A stretch of 64,000 nucleotides of DNA from Candidatus Poribacteria bacterium (GTDB taxonomy: Bacteria > Poribacteria > WGA-4E > PCPOR2b). Under the pieces are notes generated by a model, which was not told where the DNA came from, made no database searches, and worked only from the letters and a program-made list of their open reading frames with translations. The position numbers and the translations under genes were made by a program. Location of the stretch: contig OZ244042.1 of NCBI GenBank assembly GCA_965215015.1, positions 1,760,001-1,824,000 of the forward strand. Direction: 5' to 3'. This document shows, piece by piece, positions 1 to 9,663 of this stretch; positions within the stretch are counted from its first letter, which is position 1, and every line of letters starts with the position of its first letter.

Positions 1-408
1 TCCTATCCGATCGAGACAGGGGTGTTCGTCGGGCATCGGCAGCTGCAACGGTCTGAACAGGGGAGACTGAAATCCGACCGCCGCAATTGAACTGGCGAGA
101 ACAAACTTCTTGCAGCCACCATCCACAAAATATCGCACGAGTTGATATGTTCCCATAACATTGACTCGGAGTTGTTCCGCTTCGCTCCCTCCACCCGTTA
201 CCGCTGCAAGATGAACCACTACATCAATGCTGTGCGGATTTAACTTTCGCAGATCATCGGGCGATGTAAAATCTCCTTGAACCGCTGTTACGCCCTCTAC
301 TTCTGTCCGCTGCCTAGATATACAGAAAACTTCATGGTCTTGCGCCATTGAACCCGCGAGTGCATGCCCGATAAATCCGCTGGTGCCGGTGATTAGTATT
401 CCGCTCAT
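1..408 (-). CDS. NAD-dependent epimerase/dehydratase (extended SDR), 5' part, runs off the window edge
   Basis: Not in the ORF track. My translation from ATG 408 gives MSGILITGTSGFIGHALA...IDVVVHLAAVTG...VNVMGTY...FVLASSIAAVG, with the TGxxGxxG motif. GGAGG RBS upstream. Confidence 0.85.
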   Translation of the reverse strand, partial: MSGILITGTSGFIGHALAGSMAQDHEVFCISRQRTEVEGVTAVQGDFTSPDDLRKLNPHSIDVVVHLAAVTGGGSEAEQLRVNVMGTYQLVRYFVDGGCKKFVLASSIAAVGFQSPLFRPLQLPMPDEHPCLDRIG

Positions 409-449
409 TCTGTGTTCCTCCTTCCGAACTCATTCGTGTGGTACAACAA

Positions 450-1463
450 TCAATCTGCCGACCATCGTATGACTGCACCGACCACCTCCTTGGCGTTACC
501 TTTGTTGATAGTGTTGTAAAGGGTTGGCGATTCCTCCGATTCGACCCGATGTGTAATCGTATGATGCCACGGCAGGACACCTGTGGCCATATTCTTGAGT
601 ACAGCGCGTCGGCAAGGAGCGAAACCATCGTCACATGGGTAGAACATGGTCAACCGTTTGCCGTGGGGCGGTGCAAATTGATAGGAGAGCGGAGCTGTGC
701 CGTAATGCCCTTGAAGCACAAACTTGCCGTACATCTTACACAGCTCGATCGCCGGATCGATACACGCAGGAACGCCGGTGGATTCAAAGACCACATCGGC
801 ACCTTCAGGCGCGATTTTTTCTAGCTCTTCCATCACGTTCTGGGCCGCACCGTTGATAAGGTAATCCGCTCCGAGCTTTTGGGCAATCTTCAATCTGTTC
901 TGCTCAAGGTCAACGGCGACGACAACGCAGCCCCGATGGCTACAAGCAGCGATAACCCCCAAGCCGACCAATCCGGCACCGTAAACCGCGACAACATCTC
1001 CCATTCGCGGGTTTGCCATATCGACACCGTTCAAGCCGACCGCCGGCATCACAAACAGGCTCGCAGCGTCGTCAGGGACATCCTCGGGCAGCAGTTCCAA
1101 GCCATGCGTCGTTTGCGGATTGACGAGTGCGACGGAGCAATGAACACCGGTTACGGCTGAAACCTCGGTACCATCGGACAACTGCATCCCCTCCCGGTTA
1201 TCGCGGTAATAGACCTTATCACCGACCTTGAACGCATTGACGTTCTCACCAGCGTGCTCGACGACACCGACCCCTTGATACCCGGTGCATAGTGGATATT
1301 CCCTTCCAGATATTTTGTTGCGGATTAGCGCAAATTCTGTCCCAATGCTAACCCCACTGTACAACGCCCGTATCAGGAGGTGTTTCGGGCCCGGATCGGG
1401 TAGGGTGACATCAGCGTAGCTAAAGTTCTGATTTTCGTCACAGATAAGTGCTTTGGCGTGCAT
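450..1463 (-). CDS. Medium-chain (Zn-binding-type) dehydrogenase/reductase
   Basis: N-terminal SGVSIGTE...GYQGVGVV; NAD-binding GAGLVG; GADVVFESTG. Confidence 0.85.
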   Translation of the reverse strand: MHAKALICDENQNFSYADVTLPDPGPKHLLIRALYSGVSIGTEFALIRNKISGREYPLCTGYQGVGVVEHAGENVNAFKVGDKVYYRDNREGMQLSDGTEVSAVTGVHCSVALVNPQTTHGLELLPEDVPDDAASLFVMPAVGLNGVDMANPRMGDVVAVYGAGLVGLGVIAACSHRGCVVVAVDLEQNRLKIAQKLGADYLINGAAQNVMEELEKIAPEGADVVFESTGVPACIDPAIELCKMYGKFVLQGHYGTAPLSYQFAPPHGKRLTMFYPCDDGFAPCRRAVLKNMATGVLPWHHTITHRVESEESPTLYNTINKGNAKEVVGAVIRWSAD

Positions 1464-1537
1464 CTTTTAACACCTCGTGTAAGTATTCTGTTGAGATGTG
1501 AATCTTGACCTACAGGTTCTGTTGATATTTAACTTAA

Positions 1538-1881
1538 TAGGAGTTACGCACTTGAGTGTGTAATAGCACCATTCATTGCGACTCTTTAGGGTAGTAGGCA
1601 TACGGTGTATGCCTACTACCCCCCTTCTCCCCGCTAAATACCCGGCAGGGTGTCCCCGTGTGGGTATTCGGGATTAGAGAGGGGACAGCACAGTGGAGCG
1701 TGCCTGCCACTGTCGGATAAATCGTAGTTGTCCGATTCATTGGGTGTCGTGAGTCGTATGGTCCGGTGATGAGTCCCCGAGGATACCATGACTATTGCGC
1801 CATAATCCTGGCTCAACCAACCATAAACATTGCACGACCTTTTTTGGTGTTGGCTCTGAGTATTCAGCTGCGTAAGTCCTA
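1538..1881. mobile_element. Non-autonomous MITE-like element, family A (TAGGA(G/C)TTACGCA termini)
   Basis: Imperfect terminal inverted repeats TAGGAGTTACGCA / TGCGTAAGTCCTA; flanking direct repeat ACTTAA; internal GTAG palindrome at 1590-1620; homologous to 41520-41811 and 56817-57102. Confidence 0.75.
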
Positions 1882-1882
1882 C

Positions 1883-4800
1883 TTAAAAACGCGGCAGCTC
1901 ATGCATCACACGGCGTGTATTGTATTCCAGTTGATAGCGAAGGTGCTCTGGGGTCTCCGGGTACTTTTCCGCGTCGGGATACGGATAAGCGGACATGCCG
2001 TGAAAAGGGAGCGGCGCAACCGTCTGCGAAGACAGCGTATTGATGTCACCGTCCTTGTCCCAACCGTCGCTGTAGAGGATAAAATCTCGCTCCCAACCCG
2101 CTTCCAGCGGCGGCAATCCGTCCGCATCAAACTCGACAGTCATCTCGTCCCCGGCGTTCAAAATGACATACATATCGTCGATCTTCTCTAGCAAGGATGT
2201 TACTTCTCCGTACCGGGTGTAATTGCCTGCCAGATCCCGCCACTGTTTTGGCGTTGCGACTTCGTTATAATCAAATAGATGCGGCGCGTGGGGGGTTGGG
2301 CGATACATCTTGGAAAAGCCGCGGTAATGGAGCACTGCGCGATTCGGAAGCAGCCTCGTAATGCGGGTCGGCACCTCTTCCCCACCGATCTCAAAAAACG
2401 CTGAATCCCAGTAAATCTGCATATTGGTCGCAATTTTTACCCCCCGATCTTCCGAAAGGAATTTGCCTGTCAGATCGATGCAGATAGTCTTGTTTTTGCC
2501 CGCGGGTATGCCAATAGGATCGATGACTGTCCGCCACCTCCCATCCTCATCACGCACCTGTAGGTAAGGAAAACCCGGGTTAATTGACGGATTCTGTGAG
2601 AGTGCAAGGTTGATACTGGTATCTGTTGGGAAGATCCAACCGTTGAGGAATAAGGTAAGTTCCAAATCATCAGGCACGTCCCCCAAATCAAGAACGATGA
2701 AGTGGGGGGCAACGACGCCTTGGAACGCTCCCGGTTCGTGTTCAATCGCATAGCGATAATCGACGGCTTTGAGTGCGTCGGAGACATCGGATCCATGGTG
2801 GTCGAGTGCCGTATATGGGTGGTGAACCTCTTTCGCTGTGTAGATCTTGAACGCTGAAAGCGGCAGTGGGGTATATTTCTCATCAACAAAAATTTGTGTG
2901 CCTACGGGATGGTCTACGGCAAGCAGCTTGACCAGATCAAAATAGGCGGTCTCCCACAGTTCCTCCGTAATTTGAAGCGAATAGACACCTGCTTTTGGCT
3001 TCATGAGGTCGCCGGGAATTTTGACGTAATCCGCGGTTTCAGCAGCCGCGAGAAATCCCATCGGCGTGACCATCCCAAGCGGGCTGCGCCACAGAAGGTC
3101 TGTTACGAACTGATAACCTTGACCGTCATAAACGTAGAGGAATGGACACGATCCCTTCAACACCTGCTTTTCGAGGATGCGTTGGTTTGATTGAGGGGTG
3201 ACAACATTCTGTGGAACACCGTTTGTCCAGACAACCCGCAGCACATCCGCCTGTTTCTCTTTTCCTAAACCGAAATGTGTTATTGGGGCGGTAACATATT
3301 TCATCTGGTAGAGCTCACCAGCCTTGAGCTCTACTTTTGCACCGATGCCATCAATGTTATTCTTGTTGTTGCCTGCGTTGACACCCTCTAACTTCACTTG
3401 CAGCCAACTATTTTGGTCCCCACCTTCGTTCCGCAGCGCAATCACCTGACCATCGGCGTCAACCAGAAAAAGGTCAAGGTCTCCATCGTTGTCATAATCT
3501 CCAACGGTGCCGTCGTCTCCACTCCGGATCGTATCAGGTAGTGCATTTGAAGCATCGGTGAAGTGACCTGTCCCATCGTTCCGAAACAGAAAAATGCCAC
3601 GTCCATCCGTCGCTAGCGGCGCGCCGATAAGCCATAAATCCAAAAAACCGTCGTTGTCATAATCGAGGAAATGGGCACCTGAGCTGTGCACACCCTTTGC
3701 AGCAGCAATCGCTTCCTCATACGAACGCGTATCCGGAGCATAAGTGCCATCGCCGCGGTTTCGATAGAGCTGATGAGGTGTTTCACCATCGGTGGCTATA
3801 AACAGGTCAATATCGCCATCGTTGTCATAGTCACCGACTGCGACCGCTGTGAAGGAGGGGTTTTGGGGCACCCCTATTTCAGCGTTCAATGCCTGCATCT
3901 TTCCCTGACGTAGGTTTGTGCAGAGCGTACAGCCCCTCCTATCGTTTACGATTAATAGATCAATATCGCCATCATCGTCAAAATCACCGAGTGCTGCGTC
4001 CCGTGCGCCGGGGCGTTCCAGTGGGAGGAAAGTCTGATCGCTAACATCGGTGAAGACGCCATCGCCATTATTGCGATACATTTCTACCTGGGCCCCCGTT
4101 GTGAACAAATCTAGATCGCCATCATGGTCATAATCGAGGAACAAGTTTACTACTCTGCCCCGTTGCTTTAAACCCTGATTTGATTGGATACCAGTCAAGT
4201 CGATCATCTCGGTGAAGTTGCCCGTTCCATCATTGTGAAGGAAGGCACTTCCCTCGGCTCCTGACATATAGAGATCTGGGTCACCATCCTTATCGATATC
4301 CGCAAAAGCGGCCGCGTCTCCGCGACGTCCAACTATGGCGGCGGGGATAAAGTTTCCATCTTCATTCCGAAAAAGATTAGGTTCAGTGGCTAAAAAAGCG
4401 GGGAGGGTATACAAGTCAAGATCGCCGTCGTTATCGTAATCTGTCAGCAGAATGTTGGACCGTTTCCCGTTCAGGTTGCCAAGCCCAATCTCTTGAGTCA
4501 CATCAACAAAGTTGGCTCCGATTGGTGGCGTCTGCTTCGCTTTGGTTCGTGCTCTAAACCCAGTACTAAATCCTTCGATCGGGTGCCCCAAGATGTTCGT
4601 CACCAACTCCCCAATCCCTTGTTGATAGCGGGGGCTTCGCTTTTGAACGTTCTCAAAAATCTGAATATATCGGGCTGCCCCTTTAATATCGCCTTGATCT
4701 ATCAAAAGCAGTCCCTGTTTTAGGTACTTGAGGAATTCTTCAGCCGCATCCCACAGCAGGGCGTTCAACTCCATGCAGATCCGCTTCGCTTCCTCAACCT

Positions 4801-5404
4801 GTTCTCGCCGCAAAAGGGCGTTTGCTAACTTAAGCATTACCACCACATTTGCTGGGGTTCGCTCTCGCAACGCCCACAGGTGAAAAATCGCCTCATCCGC
4901 CGCATCTGGGTTATTCCGCTGACTCAAATAGTGGCGTGCCAATTTATATCGCACTTCAAGGTCATCAGGCGCAAGCCTCACCGCTTCCTGAATCGCTGCA
5001 ATCGCTTCCGCAGTTCTACCCTGCGATTGATAGATCTCCGCCAAAATGAAATGTAACTGGCTGTCCATCGGTTCAACTTGAAGTCCGCGTTTGACCCATG
5101 TTTCGGCTTCCTTGTGCTGCTTGAGGCGTAAGTGTGCAACAGCAAGATTGCCATAACCAATCGATTCATCAGGTGCTAAATTGACCAATCCCTGAAACTG
5201 CTCAATCGCTTGATGCGCTTGAGATTCTTCGAGGTAAGCTAATCCAAGGTTCTGATGACGTATCGCAGCCGAGATAGTTTTTTCGACGGTCTGCTGAGGG
5301 TTGGCAATTGGACTGTAGATAAGAAGTAAAACGTGAAGCGTGAAACATGAAATGTAGAGAACGATGGGGCGTAGGTTGTGCCCCTTGTGTAAAGAGAGTT
5401 CCAT
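1883..5404 (-). CDS. Secreted TPR + FG-GAP/VCBS repeat + ASPIC/UnbV (CRTAC1-like) protein
   Basis: N-terminal TPRs, many DYDNDGDLDL repeats, ASPIC/UnbV region (HFGLG...VVWTNG), GSCPFLY C-terminal domain. Start moved from 5500 to ATG 5404 to avoid overlapping the upstream gene. Confidence 0.85.
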   Translation of the reverse strand: MELSLHKGHNLRPIVLYISCFTLHVLLLIYSPIANPQQTVEKTISAAIRHQNLGLAYLEESQAHQAIEQFQGLVNLAPDESIGYGNLAVAHLRLKQHKEAETWVKRGLQVEPMDSQLHFILAEIYQSQGRTAEAIAAIQEAVRLAPDDLEVRYKLARHYLSQRNNPDAADEAIFHLWALRERTPANVVVMLKLANALLRREQVEEAKRICMELNALLWDAAEEFLKYLKQGLLLIDQGDIKGAARYIQIFENVQKRSPRYQQGIGELVTNILGHPIEGFSTGFRARTKAKQTPPIGANFVDVTQEIGLGNLNGKRSNILLTDYDNDGDLDLYTLPAFLATEPNLFRNEDGNFIPAAIVGRRGDAAAFADIDKDGDPDLYMSGAEGSAFLHNDGTGNFTEMIDLTGIQSNQGLKQRGRVVNLFLDYDHDGDLDLFTTGAQVEMYRNNGDGVFTDVSDQTFLPLERPGARDAALGDFDDDGDIDLLIVNDRRGCTLCTNLRQGKMQALNAEIGVPQNPSFTAVAVGDYDNDGDIDLFIATDGETPHQLYRNRGDGTYAPDTRSYEEAIAAAKGVHSSGAHFLDYDNDGFLDLWLIGAPLATDGRGIFLFRNDGTGHFTDASNALPDTIRSGDDGTVGDYDNDGDLDLFLVDADGQVIALRNEGGDQNSWLQVKLEGVNAGNNKNNIDGIGAKVELKAGELYQMKYVTAPITHFGLGKEKQADVLRVVWTNGVPQNVVTPQSNQRILEKQVLKGSCPFLYVYDGQGYQFVTDLLWRSPLGMVTPMGFLAAAETADYVKIPGDLMKPKAGVYSLQITEELWETAYFDLVKLLAVDHPVGTQIFVDEKYTPLPLSAFKIYTAKEVHHPYTALDHHGSDVSDALKAVDYRYAIEHEPGAFQGVVAPHFIVLDLGDVPDDLELTLFLNGWIFPTDTSINLALSQNPSINPGFPYLQVRDEDGRWRTVIDPIGIPAGKNKTICIDLTGKFLSEDRGVKIATNMQIYWDSAFFEIGGEEVPTRITRLLPNRAVLHYRGFSKMYRPTPHAPHLFDYNEVATPKQWRDLAGNYTRYGEVTSLLEKIDDMYVILNAGDEMTVEFDADGLPPLEAGWERDFILYSDGWDKDGDINTLSSQTVAPLPFHGMSAYPYPDAEKYPETPEHLRYQLEYNTRRVMHELPRF

Positions 5405-5430
5405 AGCCCTTGTTTCCAACGGTTTTGCCG

Positions 5431-6468
5431 CTATTTGCCTTCCAGTTCGGCACGGACAATACGCGTCCCAGCGACGAGATTTTGCAGCTTCAAACAGCAC
5501 ACCCAGCGTGGAAGTTGAAAGAAGCCACAGTCAGGTGAAAGACTCAATCGTTCGGGAGGACAGTGCTGTAACACTTGGCGGATGCGGTTGGCGACTTCTT
5601 CGGGGGGCTCATTCCAAAAACTCTTGATGTCCACAACACCCGCCATAAAGTCGAACTGTCCCTCAAATCTGCTGTAGATGTCGTGTTCAACCATTTCGCG
5701 ATTGGCGAATTCCATCGACAGACAATTGACATTCATCTCCAGCAACGCAGGGAACATCCAGTCGTACCGACGCTTACCACGGGGACGGGACCCCAAATTG
5801 CCGAAGCAGATGTGCAGATTCTTGTCCACCGAGACTCCATCAAGAGCGCGGTTGAGCAGTGCTACCCAATCTTCGAGTTTGCCCGGGATGATTCCGAAGC
5901 TCGGTTCGTCAAGTTGGACTTCGGTACACCCTTCTGCCTCAAGGGCTTTCAATTCCTGGTTGATAACCTCAGCAAATTCCCAGCCAAGTTCGACGCGATC
6001 TTTGTACGGATCGTTTTCCCGGATTTGGATGTGCATGGTCAGCGTCAGGGGACCTGGACAACACGCCTTAATCCGTTGCCCTTCGCCGGCATTTGCCTTC
6101 AGAAACCGAAATTCATCTAAGATACCTAAACCTTCCGGGACACGCACCTGATCCTCAATATAGTAGCGGGGGACACTATCGTACGCATACAGTCCAGTTT
6201 GGCGGAGTACCGGCCGTTCACGTAATCCTTCCATGCGTCCGTAGAAATTTTGCACGAAGTACCAGCGGCGCATTTCACCGTCCGTGATGATGTCGATCCC
6301 AGCTTCCTTCTGATCCCAGATTGCTAACCGGACAGCGTCATCATAAACCTCTCTTTCGTCGGTGGGTCCATACTCGCCGCGTTTTTGTGCCTCCATGGCT
6401 GTCCAAAACCAGCCCGGCAGCGCATGGGAACCAATCACCGTAGTAGGAAGCAATTGTTCGTATGGCAT
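5431..6468 (-). CDS. Cobalamin-independent methionine synthase-like protein (MetE C-terminal catalytic domain only)
   Basis: TTVIGS, ITDGEMRR, VQLDEP, Zn ligands LHICFGN and PDCG. Start at ATG 6468 after AGAGGAG. Confidence 0.8.
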   Translation of the reverse strand: MPYEQLLPTTVIGSHALPGWFWTAMEAQKRGEYGPTDEREVYDDAVRLAIWDQKEAGIDIITDGEMRRWYFVQNFYGRMEGLRERPVLRQTGLYAYDSVPRYYIEDQVRVPEGLGILDEFRFLKANAGEGQRIKACCPGPLTLTMHIQIRENDPYKDRVELGWEFAEVINQELKALEAEGCTEVQLDEPSFGIIPGKLEDWVALLNRALDGVSVDKNLHICFGNLGSRPRGKRRYDWMFPALLEMNVNCLSMEFANREMVEHDIYSRFEGQFDFMAGVVDIKSFWNEPPEEVANRIRQVLQHCPPERLSLSPDCGFFQLPRWVCCLKLQNLVAGTRIVRAELEGK

Positions 6469-6480
6469 GAGTTCTCCTCT

Positions 6481-6831
6481 TTGACGTACTCCCACCCCTA
6501 AAGGATTGGGATTCTAGGATTGTTAGCGTGCCGCTAACAAGCGTCCCATTCCTATAAGAGGCGAATTGTGGTATCAACGGCACTTGCGAAGGGATTTGTC
6601 AACCTTCAGGTTATAAACCAGAAGGTTATAAATCCTTAACACGCTCCTGTCGGAGTATGGGAAAACCGTTGCGGAGTTTACCCCGGCTAACCGTTTTCAG
6701 CAGTACCACCGTCTCTATCTAAATGGGTTGAAACCTCAAACGTTTTTTTGCAAAAAAAACGCTAAGGCGCGTGGGTGTATCCCCAAGACTTATCTTTGGG
6801 ATACACCCCTAAAGGATTTTTAATAGATTAA
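6481..6831 (-). mobile_element. Non-autonomous IS200/IS605-family element (no tnpA/tnpB) with a structured interior
   Basis: Minus-strand end GAAT-CCCAATCCTTTAGGGGTGGGA-GTACG-TCAA has the IS608-type right-end layout. Second hairpin at 6773-6808 and a TTAC (6835-6832) at the other side; left boundary uncertain. Confidence 0.65.
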
Positions 6832-6884
6832 GTAAAGCTTAACGTGTCTAAGGTGTATAGTGAGTCTTAGAATTGCTGCTGCTA

Positions 6885-6921
6885 ACTTTAGCATACTTTA
6901 GCACACTTTAGCAACACTTTA
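6885..6921. repeat. Short tandem repeat (ACTTTAGCA(C/T))n
   Basis: actttagcat actttagcac actttagcaa cacttta. Confidence 0.6.
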
Positions 6922-6945
6922 TCATGGCTGCCCATCAATTATCCC

Positions 6946-6974
6946 TTGACAATATCGCCGGATTAAGATAAATT
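6946..6974 (+). promoter_or_regulatory. Sigma70-type promoter for the FAH-family gene
   Basis: TTGACA-17 bp-TAAATT. Confidence 0.55.
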
Positions 6975-7052
6975 GTTCGCTGTTTACAAGGAAATTCATC
7001 CTTATAATTCAAAAGCCTGTCATCATTGGCGGGAAAATTGCTGGAGGATTTT

Positions 7053-7808
7053 ATGAAATTTGTTCGATACCAATCTGGTGGAAATGTCAGTTACGGGACG
7101 CTTTCGGGCGGCACCATTAACGAAATAGATGGCGACCCGATCACCGGATATAGTGAAACAGGGAATACGGTCCCATTAGGAGATGTAAAACTGCTTGCGC
7201 CGGTCACGCCGGGGAAAGTGCTAGCGGTTGGGCTAAATTATAGAAGCCATCTCGGCGGTGAGCCGGAGCCAGCCAATCCGGAGATTTTCATCAAGACACC
7301 TACTTGCCTAAACGATCCGGAAGGAAACATTGTGCTGCCGGCTGGTGACGATAACGTTCACGCAGAGGGCGAATTGGTCGTCGTTATCAAGAATCGCACG
7401 AAAGGGGCGACCCCCGAAGGAGCCGCCGCGAACATCTTAGGTGTCACCTGCGGCAACGATGTAAGTGCCCGAACATGGCAAAGCAACGACATGCAATGGT
7501 GGCGTGCGAAAGCCTCTGATACATTCGGCCCCGTCGGTCCCGCCATTGTGACCGATCTCAACTATAACGCACTCCAATTGGAGACACGAATCAACGGTGA
7601 GGTTGTGCAGTCGCAGACCACCGCCGATCTGATTTTCCCCGTGGAAGCAGTTGTCAGCTTTGTCTCACAGGCGATGACGCTTGAACCGGGAGATGTTATC
7701 TTCACCGGAACCCCCGGAACAACATCTGCCTTGAGAGCCGGGGATGTGGTCGAGGTAGAGCTTGAAGATATTGGTGTCCTGAAAAACACTGTCGTTGATG
7801 CGACCTAA
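7053..7808 (+). CDS. Fumarylacetoacetate hydrolase family protein
   Basis: VGLNY, EGELVVVI, NDVSAR, KASDTFGPVGP, GDVIFTGTP. GGAGG before ATG 7053. Confidence 0.9.
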   Translation: MKFVRYQSGGNVSYGTLSGGTINEIDGDPITGYSETGNTVPLGDVKLLAPVTPGKVLAVGLNYRSHLGGEPEPANPEIFIKTPTCLNDPEGNIVLPAGDDNVHAEGELVVVIKNRTKGATPEGAAANILGVTCGNDVSARTWQSNDMQWWRAKASDTFGPVGPAIVTDLNYNALQLETRINGEVVQSQTTADLIFPVEAVVSFVSQAMTLEPGDVIFTGTPGTTSALRAGDVVEVELEDIGVLKNTVVDAT

Positions 7809-7917
7809 GCCGATGTATAAATCAAAAAGCGTAAGGGGCGATTAAGAGAGAAGCGAGTCGATCCACATATTCCCGTAATTTGGTCGGACCTGTCAACCCA
7901 AATTCAAGGATTGAACG

Positions 7918-8463
7918 GTGCCAATTATGAACAACCTGAATCAGGCAAATCCTTATTTTAGTTTTCATGACGATTTTTTCCCGGTGAAGATACTCGCCGG
8001 CAACTATGTTTTTGAGCGATTTGCACCACAGCGGACGAGTATCATCTTTGGAGTAACAGAATTGCCGTGGGCCGTCGCCGCTTATCGGATCGATCGGCTT
8101 ATTGTACAGCTAGAGCCAAATCTTGACGAAGCGGATGCAATTGCTATTGAAGATTCAGGAAAAGCACGACTTGTCCGTGATAATGCTGTTGTCTACGAGT
8201 TAGATTGCATCATTCCGCCAGACATTACCGGGCTGCACTCCAATTTCTTCTACCGTTGCCCCGAATGCAATGGGCATATCTACGAATGTACCCATCTCCG
8301 AATCGCTCATCGGGAGGAACCTAAACCGTCGCCCTTACCGTCTGTCACCCCGGAGGACACCGTCTGTCCTATCTGTGGCGGTAAAATCCAGCACCTCGCA
8401 CCGGGGATAAGCTTTTGTCTCGACTGCGATTGGGATTATGGCTTGGAACCAATTACCCGATAA
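7918..8463 (+). CDS. Hypothetical protein with Cys-rich Zn-ribbon motifs
   Basis: CPECNG..ECTH and CPICGG...CLDC; start may be ATG 7927. Confidence 0.55.
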   Translation: MPIMNNLNQANPYFSFHDDFFPVKILAGNYVFERFAPQRTSIIFGVTELPWAVAAYRIDRLIVQLEPNLDEADAIAIEDSGKARLVRDNAVVYELDCIIPPDITGLHSNFFYRCPECNGHIYECTHLRIAHREEPKPSPLPSVTPEDTVCPICGGKIQHLAPGISFCLDCDWDYGLEPITR

Positions 8464-8506
8464 AATGGCTGACAATCAATTGGTAAAACGGAGGGCATTA
8501 GCTGTT

Positions 8507-9598
8507 ATGAAAATCGCTCGTATCAAACTCTATATCGTCAACGTACCTGAACGAAAATGGTGGTGGTCTGATGACTGCTATGGTCAGCCAGCACACCAAC
8601 GATCGGAGCACGGCATTGCGGAAGTCGAAACTAGCGAAGGACTAATAGGCCTCACCCAGATAGGGCGTGCGACTCCGATGGCAACTATCGAGGAAACGCT
8701 AAACGACTGGTTGGGACAGGATGTTCTGGAGGTCAACTTCGCTGTGCCGACAGCCCCAATGGTGGGTGCTTTTGAACAGGCAATACTCGATCTGCGCGGT
8801 CAGGCACTCGGTGTTCCAATCTGGAGTTTGCTTGGTGGTAGGCTCCGAGATCGCATCTTTGTCACCCAATGCACCGGCTACAAGACGCCGCAACATACAG
8901 CAGAGGACGCACAGTGGGGCTGGGAACACGGTTTTCGTGCTTATAAGATGAAGTGCATCACTAGCAGAGAAACGACGCCGGAGGAACGCATCCGCTATGT
9001 CGTTGATCGCATCGAGGCCATCCACAAAGTTCTACCGGATATGGCAGTCCGTCCCGATATTCGCTGGCGGCTTCAAGAGGTCTGGGTGGCTCAAGAACTT
9101 GCCCGCCGTTTGCGGGGGCACCGGGTGGAGAGTCTAGAAAGTCCAATAACTAAACGCGCGGCGGGCGGCACCTTTTCTGAATGGCGCCGTCTGCGGCAGA
9201 CCATCCACCTCCCTGTGGGAGACCACGTCTATAACAGCGAAGACCTCATCCAGCGGTTTCAGGCGGAGGCACTTGATTACGCGATTATTAGTGGTCAGAC
9301 TGCTTTTGAAGCAATTAACCACTCACGTCTCGCTCATGAACTGGGTATGGATGGCTGGTCCCAAACGGTGGCGTACGGACCGGGAGCGGCTATGGGGTTG
9401 CATGTGGCTGCCTGCATGCCCCACCTGACTCAGCCTTACGATATGGTTGGACCGATGGCTTGGGAAAACACTCTAGTCAATGAAGACTTCCCGTTTGAAG
9501 ATGGTTGTTTTCTGGTGCCGGATCGCCCTGGATTGGGATATACCCTGAATCACGACGCGGTTAAAAAGTATCTGGTTGCTAATCGGGTTTTTGAATGA
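8507..9598 (+). CDS. Mandelate racemase/muconate lactonizing enzyme (enolase superfamily) protein
   Basis: DLRGQALGVPIWSLLGG, KMK motif, PDRPGLG. Start chosen at MKIARI. Confidence 0.85.
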   Translation: MKIARIKLYIVNVPERKWWWSDDCYGQPAHQRSEHGIAEVETSEGLIGLTQIGRATPMATIEETLNDWLGQDVLEVNFAVPTAPMVGAFEQAILDLRGQALGVPIWSLLGGRLRDRIFVTQCTGYKTPQHTAEDAQWGWEHGFRAYKMKCITSRETTPEERIRYVVDRIEAIHKVLPDMAVRPDIRWRLQEVWVAQELARRLRGHRVESLESPITKRAAGGTFSEWRRLRQTIHLPVGDHVYNSEDLIQRFQAEALDYAIISGQTAFEAINHSRLAHELGMDGWSQTVAYGPGAAMGLHVAACMPHLTQPYDMVGPMAWENTLVNEDFPFEDGCFLVPDRPGLGYTLNHDAVKKYLVANRVFE

Positions 9599-9663
9599 AC
9601 TATTTCCACAACTCACCTCATCTGAAAACAGCAGCCCCCTAGACATAAAAAGAAAGCCTATCA

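Noticed and set aside
6481-6760. SAM or cobalamin riboswitch upstream of the MetE-like gene
   Set aside because: I could not find S-box or B12-box consensus elements by eye, and the end matches the IS200/IS605 layout. An Rfam scan is still advisable.
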